From NCBI GenBank assembly GCA_964460575.1, contig CAYWQK010000001.1, positions 34,688 to 98,687 on the forward strand: a DNA stretch of 64,000 bases, read 5' to 3'. The notes beneath the pieces are model-generated. The model searched no databases, was not told the origin of the DNA, and was given only the letters and a program-made list of their open reading frames with translations. The position numbers and the translations under genes are program-made. Shown here one piece after another: positions 58,782 through 64,000 of the stretch (the first letter of the stretch is position 1; each line of letters opens with the position of its first letter). This DNA is from an uncultured Desulfovibrionaceae bacterium (lineage in GTDB: Bacteria > Desulfobacterota > Desulfovibrionia > Desulfovibrionales > Desulfovibrionaceae).

Positions 58782-60095
58782 TCAATTTTTTCGAAGAATG
58801 ATGTGCTGCATTTTAGGCAGGCTTTTGACAACCTGCAGACTCATCCTCAGCTGATTGTCCTGGGCAAGGATCTCATCAATGCTGTCGGCGGGTGCCTTGC
58901 CCTTGGCTTTTTCGTCTGCCTTAGTGGCGTTGGCGTTTTCAAGATGACGGTTTAGATTTTTTTCACGCAGGAGGATAGCGGGCTTGACCTCGCTGGCAGG
59001 AGCTTCAAAGGGAATGAAAATATCCGGCGTAATGCCTTCGGCCTGGATGGAACGCCCTGACGGAGTATAGTACAGGGCAATGGTCAGTTTGAGCCCCGTG
59101 CCGTCAGCCAGCGGCATAACATTCTGCACAGATCCTTTGCCGAATGTCGGCTCGCCGATAATCAGAGCCCGTCGCCTGTCGCCAAGGGCGCCGGCTACGA
59201 TTTCAGAGGCTGAGGCGGAACCTCCGTTGACGAGCACGACGAGCGGGGCGGAAACATCCGTCGGCTGTGCACTGGCTTTGAATTCGCGAGAGATATTTTC
59301 CGTTCGCCCTCGCATGGAGACAATGACGCCATCGTACAGGAAAACATCGGAAACAGAAACAGCCTGGTCCAAGAGTCCGCCAGGGTTGAAGCGCATGTCA
59401 AGGATAATACCTTTTATGTCCCCCTTGCTTTCCGAACGGGCCTTAGCGAGGGCGTCAAGCAGTTCCTGGGTCGTACGGTCGCTGAAGCGCGTTAGGCGGA
59501 TCCAGTAGAATCCGTCTTCCAGCTTGCGCGACTTAACGCTGATAAGGGGGATGGTGTCGCGCTTCATGCGTACGGTATCGGGCGTCTTGGCGTCCTTGTG
59601 GAGAATGGTAAGTTCTACCTCCGTCCCCCTAGGGCCGCGGATGTGGGTGACCGCGTCCTGAAGGGACATACCCATTGTTGATTCGCCGTTGATGCTCAGG
59701 ATGTAGTCGCCGGGCTTTAGTCCTGCCTTATAGGCGGGCGTGTCCTCGATGGGGGTTACAACGGTAATTTGATTGTTGTCCTGCGTGATTTCAATGCCTA
59801 CGCCAAAGAATTCTCCGGACGTTGTTTCCTGCATGGACTTGTATTCGTCCTTGCTCAGAATGGTTGAGTGCGGATCAAGGTTTTGAAGCATACCCTTAAG
59901 TGCGCCGTCCACCAGATCCTTGATGGGCACGCTTTTTACATAATAACGCCCCACAACATCCAGCGCTTGGCTGAAGCGCTTGAGGGCGTCTATCCTGCCG
60001 CTATCGACCTGTGCGGCCTGTCCATGGCCTAAGGAGGAAAACACAAAGAAAAGAAAAATCGCCAGAACCGCGGCTGCCGTCCGAACGCTGCGCAT
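58782..60095 (-). CDS. ctpA: carboxyl-terminal processing protease (S41 family)
   Basis: Signal/anchor sequence, a PDZ domain (GLKPGDYILSINGEST) and the catalytic block (LVNGGSASASEIVAGAL...GKGSVQ). A GGGAGG RBS precedes the ATG at 60095. Confidence 0.88.
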   Translation of the reverse strand: MRSVRTAAAVLAIFLFFVFSSLGHGQAAQVDSGRIDALKRFSQALDVVGRYYVKSVPIKDLVDGALKGMLQNLDPHSTILSKDEYKSMQETTSGEFFGVGIEITQDNNQITVVTPIEDTPAYKAGLKPGDYILSINGESTMGMSLQDAVTHIRGPRGTEVELTILHKDAKTPDTVRMKRDTIPLISVKSRKLEDGFYWIRLTRFSDRTTQELLDALAKARSESKGDIKGIILDMRFNPGGLLDQAVSVSDVFLYDGVIVSMRGRTENISREFKASAQPTDVSAPLVVLVNGGSASASEIVAGALGDRRRALIIGEPTFGKGSVQNVMPLADGTGLKLTIALYYTPSGRSIQAEGITPDIFIPFEAPASEVKPAILLREKNLNRHLENANATKADEKAKGKAPADSIDEILAQDNQLRMSLQVVKSLPKMQHIILRKN

Positions 60096-60348
60096 GAGGG
60101 TATGCCTCCCGAAACATCGCCAATGCTGTTTTTTGCAAGGGACACGTGTTCCCATGCTTGATGCTTTGGATATCGAGAACCGCTGAAAAAGGCAATGCTA
60201 AGAGCAAGGGTTTCTGACGGCGAAACTGGATTTTTTATTGCGCCCGGGGCTGCTTTCCAGGGCGTATTTTTTTTTGCGCGTATCTGTGCTTGACTTCACG
60301 CTGCCGGAGAGAAAAGATTGCTTCAGCAACATGTTAAAGGTACGGAAC

Positions 60349-61335
60349 ATGCCTTTTATCACATCGTCCAACTATAGCCCTCCGCGTTATTTGCGCAATG
60401 GCCATCTATTGACACTGTGGGCTTCGCAGCAAAGGAGGCTGTGTCTGCCGTGGGAGCCGTATTTCAGGACTCAACGCTTAGACACAGATGACGGAGATTT
60501 TTTTGATGTGGATATTCTCCCCGCCTCGCCTTATGCTAGGGCCGTGGGGGCGGCGATCCTATCGCACGGGCTTGAAGGTAACAGTCGCAGACCCTACATG
60601 CGGGGTATGGCTGAGGCTTTCCGCAAATCCGGATGGGATGTACTCGCGCGTAACTTCCGGGGATGCTCGGGGGAGCCGAACCGGACGCTGAAGATGTACC
60701 ACGGTGGAGAAACAGAGGACCTGCACCGTACGGTATGCTGGGCCGCGGAGCAGGGGTATGGGAAGCTTGTGCTTGCCGGCTTCAGCATGGGCGGCAACCA
60801 GACTTTCAAGTATCTCGGAGAAAATCCTTCTAGGATCCCCGGGCAGGTTTGCGCCGCCGTAGGTATTTCCGTGCCATGCGACTTGGAAGGTTCCGCTGAA
60901 ATGCTCCACCGTCCTTCCAGGATGCTGTATATGGCGTATTTCATGTCCAGCCTACGCGGGAAGATTAGGGAGAAGCATGCGCGCTTCCCCGATGTGGTGA
61001 GCGTTTCCGGATTGAACAAAATGTTTACTTTTGAGTCCTTTGACAATGCCTATACGGCGCCGCTGCACGGCTTTGTCGATGCTAGAGACTATTGGCGCAG
61101 GAGTAGCTGCCTGCCTGTGCTGGGCAATATCCGCGTTCCCGCGTATCTCCTGAACGCGGCAGACGACCCTTTTCTTTCAGCAAGCTGTTTCCCAGTGGAG
61201 CTGGCCCGCAAAAGTCGGCTCTTCACCCTAGAGATGCCCCACCATGGCGGCCATGTGGGGTTTGTAACCTCGGATACCGGGCGCTATTGGTCCGAGACCC
61301 GGGCTGCGGACTTTGTGCGGGAGGCGGTAAAGTAA
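60349..61335 (+). CDS. YheT-type alpha/beta hydrolase
   Basis: HGLEGNS, the nucleophile elbow GFSMGGN and a C-terminal HGGHVGF. The start is uncertain (60331 or 60349; the ORF is open from 60238). Confidence 0.8.
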   Translation: MPFITSSNYSPPRYLRNGHLLTLWASQQRRLCLPWEPYFRTQRLDTDDGDFFDVDILPASPYARAVGAAILSHGLEGNSRRPYMRGMAEAFRKSGWDVLARNFRGCSGEPNRTLKMYHGGETEDLHRTVCWAAEQGYGKLVLAGFSMGGNQTFKYLGENPSRIPGQVCAAVGISVPCDLEGSAEMLHRPSRMLYMAYFMSSLRGKIREKHARFPDVVSVSGLNKMFTFESFDNAYTAPLHGFVDARDYWRRSSCLPVLGNIRVPAYLLNAADDPFLSASCFPVELARKSRLFTLEMPHHGGHVGFVTSDTGRYWSETRAADFVREAVK

Positions 61336-61536
61336 TTCTGTCTGATCTGCGCGGTACTCTTCGGACAAGGGAGCTTACTTTTGTCCGCCGTGGAATTTGA
61401 GGCTTGTCAGCCGATTGGAATTAGGGTACGCAAATACAGATATGGTTCCAAGAGCTGCATCGGACGAGTGTCCGTCAACGGGATGGCGAGGTCGGACGGG
61501 CAGCTTTACACACTTCAACGTAGAGCGGAGTGAACG

Positions 61537-63615
61537 ATGTTTTCATTCTTCGTAGTGTTCGCCTGTGGCCTCTTTGCCCTGTGCTACGCGTACATGACGG
61601 CAAGGAGTGTTTTCGCAGCTGGATCAGGCAACGAAGACATGCAGCGCATTGCCGGTGCAATTCAGGAAGGCGCCAAAGCGTACCTGAATCGCCAGTATAA
61701 AACCATTGCCATTGTGGGCGTCGTGGTGACAGTGCTGCTTGCGGTCTTTCTGTCTCCCCTTGTCGCTTTGGGTTTTGTGCTGGGCGCGGTACTGTCCGGC
61801 ATGGCCGGTTATATCGGCATGAACGTGTCTGTGCGCGCGAACGTCCGCACTACTGAGGCAGCCCGCAGGGGACTGGTTCCCGCGCTGAACATGGCTTTCC
61901 AGGCAGGCGCCATCACTGGTCTTCTAGTGGTGGGCCTCGGACTTCTTGGCGTTGCCGGCTACTACGCGCTGCTGGTTTCCGCCAATATCTCCCAGAACGC
62001 CATTCTTGAAGCCTTGGTAGCTCTGTCCTTTGGTGCCTCCCTTATTTCTATCTTTGCCCGCCTCGGTGGCGGCATTTTCACCAAGGGCGCTGACGTCGGC
62101 GCTGACCTTGTGGGCAAGGTCGAAGCCGGCATTCCTGAAGACGATCCCCGCAACCCTGCTGTCATCGCCGACAACGTGGGCGACAATGTGGGGGACTGCG
62201 CCGGCATGGCCGCTGACCTCTTTGAAACTTATGCGGTGACCATCGTCGCCACCATGCTGCTTGCGGCGATCTACTTCACCGGCGACTTACAGCACTTGAT
62301 GATGATGTATCCCCTGTTGATCGGCGGCGTGTGCATCATTGGTTCAATTATTGGCAGTAAAGCCGTGGAGCTTGACAGAGACAAAAAGATCATGAAGGCG
62401 CTGTACCGCGGGCTGATCCGTACGGGTGCCGTTTCCGCCGTTCTGATTTTTATCGTTACCGTATGCCTGTTCTGGGGCGCCCCGAAGAATGAGATGGTCG
62501 TCAACGGCAAGAGCTTCGGCATCATTAATCTGTTGCTCTGCTCCTTCACGGGGCTTGGCGTAACCGCGTGTCTTGTGTGGATCACTGAATATTACACAGC
62601 CACAGCGTACCGCCCTGTACGCAGCATTGCCAAGTCGTCCACCACGGGCCATGGAACAAACGTCATTCAGGGCCTTGCCGTTTCCATGGAATCTACCGCG
62701 TTGCCCGTTCTGGTTATCTGCGCCGGCATTGTTTTTACCTACATCAACGCCGGGCTCTTTGGCGTGTCCATTGCTGCCACAACGATGCTTGCCCTCGCCG
62801 GTATGATCGTTGCGCTTGACGCCTACGGTCCGGTGACCGACAACGCCGGCGGCATTGCCGAAATGGCCGAACTCCCTGAATCCGTGCGCGAAACCACCGA
62901 CGCGCTTGACGCGGTCGGCAACACCACGAAAGCTGTGACCAAGGGCTACGCCATTGGTTCCGCTGCGCTAGCTTCCTTGGTTCTTTTCGCCTGCTACACG
63001 CAGGACCTGCACCGTTTCTTCCCTGACCTGAAGGTCGCCTTCAGCCTCCAGGATCCTTATGTGCTGGTAGGTCTCTTTATCGGCGGTCTGTTGCCTTATC
63101 TTTTTGGCTCCATGGCTATGATGGCTGTGGGCAGGGCCGGAGCGGCTGTTGTTATGGAAGTTCGCCGTCAGTTCAAGACCATTGTCGGCATCATGGAAGG
63201 CAAGGCCAAGCCCGATTATAGTGCTGCTGTGGATATGCTCACCAAGTCCGCTATTCAGGAAATGGTGCTGCCCTCCATCTTGCCTGTTTTTGCCCCCATT
63301 GTCGTGTATATCGTTATCCGCATTATTGCGGGCCAGTCCGCTGCGTTTGCCTGCATCGGCGCCATGCTGATGGGCACCATTGTTACGGGTCTGTTCGTGG
63401 CTATTTCGATGACTTCCGGCGGCGGCGCTTGGGATAATGCGAAAAAATTCATCGAGAGTGGCAACTACGGCGGCAAAGGGTCTGATGCCCACAAGGCTGC
63501 CGTAACCGGCGATACCGTGGGTGATCCTTACAAAGATACAGCGGGTCCCGCTGTTAACCCGATGATCAAGATCATCAATATCGTGGCGCTCTTGCTTCTT
63601 CAGGCGCTCGCATAA
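61537..63615 (+). CDS. hppA: membrane-bound proton/sodium-translocating pyrophosphatase
   Basis: 692 aa and multi-TM, with signatures [19 protein letters not shown] and [21 protein letters not shown]. Confidence 0.93.
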   Translation: MFSFFVVFACGLFALCYAYMTARSVFAAGSGNEDMQRIAGAIQEGAKAYLNRQYKTIAIVGVVVTVLLAVFLSPLVALGFVLGAVLSGMAGYIGMNVSVRANVRTTEAARRGLVPALNMAFQAGAITGLLVVGLGLLGVAGYYALLVSANISQNAILEALVALSFGASLISIFARLGGGIFTKGADVGADLVGKVEAGIPEDDPRNPAVIADNVGDNVGDCAGMAADLFETYAVTIVATMLLAAIYFTGDLQHLMMMYPLLIGGVCIIGSIIGSKAVELDRDKKIMKALYRGLIRTGAVSAVLIFIVTVCLFWGAPKNEMVVNGKSFGIINLLLCSFTGLGVTACLVWITEYYTATAYRPVRSIAKSSTTGHGTNVIQGLAVSMESTALPVLVICAGIVFTYINAGLFGVSIAATTMLALAGMIVALDAYGPVTDNAGGIAEMAELPESVRETTDALDAVGNTTKAVTKGYAIGSAALASLVLFACYTQDLHRFFPDLKVAFSLQDPYVLVGLFIGGLLPYLFGSMAMMAVGRAGAAVVMEVRRQFKTIVGIMEGKAKPDYSAAVDMLTKSAIQEMVLPSILPVFAPIVVYIVIRIIAGQSAAFACIGAMLMGTIVTGLFVAISMTSGGGAWDNAKKFIESGNYGGKGSDAHKAAVTGDTVGDPYKDTAGPAVNPMIKIINIVALLLLQALA

Positions 63616-63629
63616 TCCTATGTGAAAAA

Positions 63630-63661
63630 GGGAAACCGCCGCCGTTTGCGGCGATTTCCCC
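63630..63661. terminator. hairpin between convergent genes (putative bidirectional terminator)
   Basis: Stem ggaaaccgccgc / gcggcgatttcc (12 positions, one mismatch) around a cgtt loop. It is flanked by an A-run on the left. The T-tract on the right is weak. Confidence 0.5.
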
Positions 63662-63828
63662 TTAGGTTAGGGTTCAACCAGAGAGAACGCGCCGGTATCC
63701 CCGGTGCGTTTCGTTTTAGAGCAAGGCAGGGAGAAAAGGTGCCGGCAGGATGAGGACCGCATTAGCTCCGGGGCGGAATCGCTTCCGCTTGTCTTTAGAC
63801 GCTACGCTGTTATTCCAGCAACGGGTTG

Positions 63829-64000
63829 TCAGTCTTGAACTATCGGAATTCCGTAGAGCTTGCAGACCTCATGTTCCATTGCGCAACCTTTTGAACGTTG
63901 CCAGCCTTCGGCAAAGTACGCGGCATCGCAACCTGCAAGCCGTTTGAAGGAGTTGCCCAGGCACCATACGGGCCAGTTGACTTGTGTGCCTGCGTCTTCT
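63829..64000 (-). CDS. C-terminal part of a DUF4406 / nucleoside 2-deoxyribosyltransferase-like protein (partial, runs off the window)
   Basis: The minus-strand translation ...CLGNSFKRLAGCDAAYFAEGWQRSKGCAMEHEVCKLYGIPIVQD* matches the usual C-terminal pattern of DUF4406 proteins (C-D-A-hydrophobic-aromatic...GW..S.G...E...A...G). Confidence 0.5.
   Translation of the reverse strand, partial: EDAGTQVNWPVWCLGNSFKRLAGCDAAYFAEGWQRSKGCAMEHEVCKLYGIPIVQD

Overview
This is a chromosomal segment from a moderately high-GC Gram-negative bacterium. lnt, lpxI, rlpA, mltA, eptA and ppiD point to an outer membrane. The gene content (sigma-54 regulator, H+-pyrophosphatase, meso-DAP dehydrogenase, Fe-S flavoproteins) fits a Desulfovibrionaceae-like anaerobe, but that placement is a low-confidence inference.

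Most of the window is core housekeeping:
- ispA-dxs, lpxI, ppiD, rlmN, prfB (with its canonical +1 frameshift site), lnt, purB, polA and a dnaA copy
- tRNA-Glu and tRNA-Val
- uppP, mltA, cstA, ddh, dnaB, rpsF-rpsR-rplI
- an NtrC-type two-component pair, pgi, aspartate aminotransferase, sfsA, eno
- a larE-like gene plus methyltransferase, hisH-hisF, rsmB, ctpA plus a yibQ-like gene, and hppA

Three stretches look accessory and lower in GC by eye:
1. 18.4-23.4 kb holds a divergent cluster of small redox or hydrolytic enzymes, nearly all with N-terminal signal peptides.
2. 25.4-30.4 kb lies next to tRNA-Glu and carries a PmrAB-like two-component system, an EptA/MCR-family phosphoethanolamine transferase and a translationally coupled PAP2 phosphatase.
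3. 52.7-54.4 kb is a coding-poor segment with one orphan small gene, gene fragments and a structured non-coding piece that ends in a terminator.

Other points worth a second look:
- a head-to-tail segmental duplication (ispA'-MFS-'lpxI) with a chimeric pseudogene junction
- a 1-nt frameshift splitting rplI
- an unannotated 48-codon lipoprotein ORF whose ATG overlaps the dnaB stop codon
- a 20-bp perfect palindrome
- a dnaA copy that is not linked to dnaN

I saw no CRISPR array, rRNA, transposase, integrase or recognisable defence system. No single locus can be called a new system from sequence alone; the exported-enzyme cluster and the 52.7-54.4 kb segment are the best candidates. All functional calls rest on motif and family recognition by eye. 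No database search was run.
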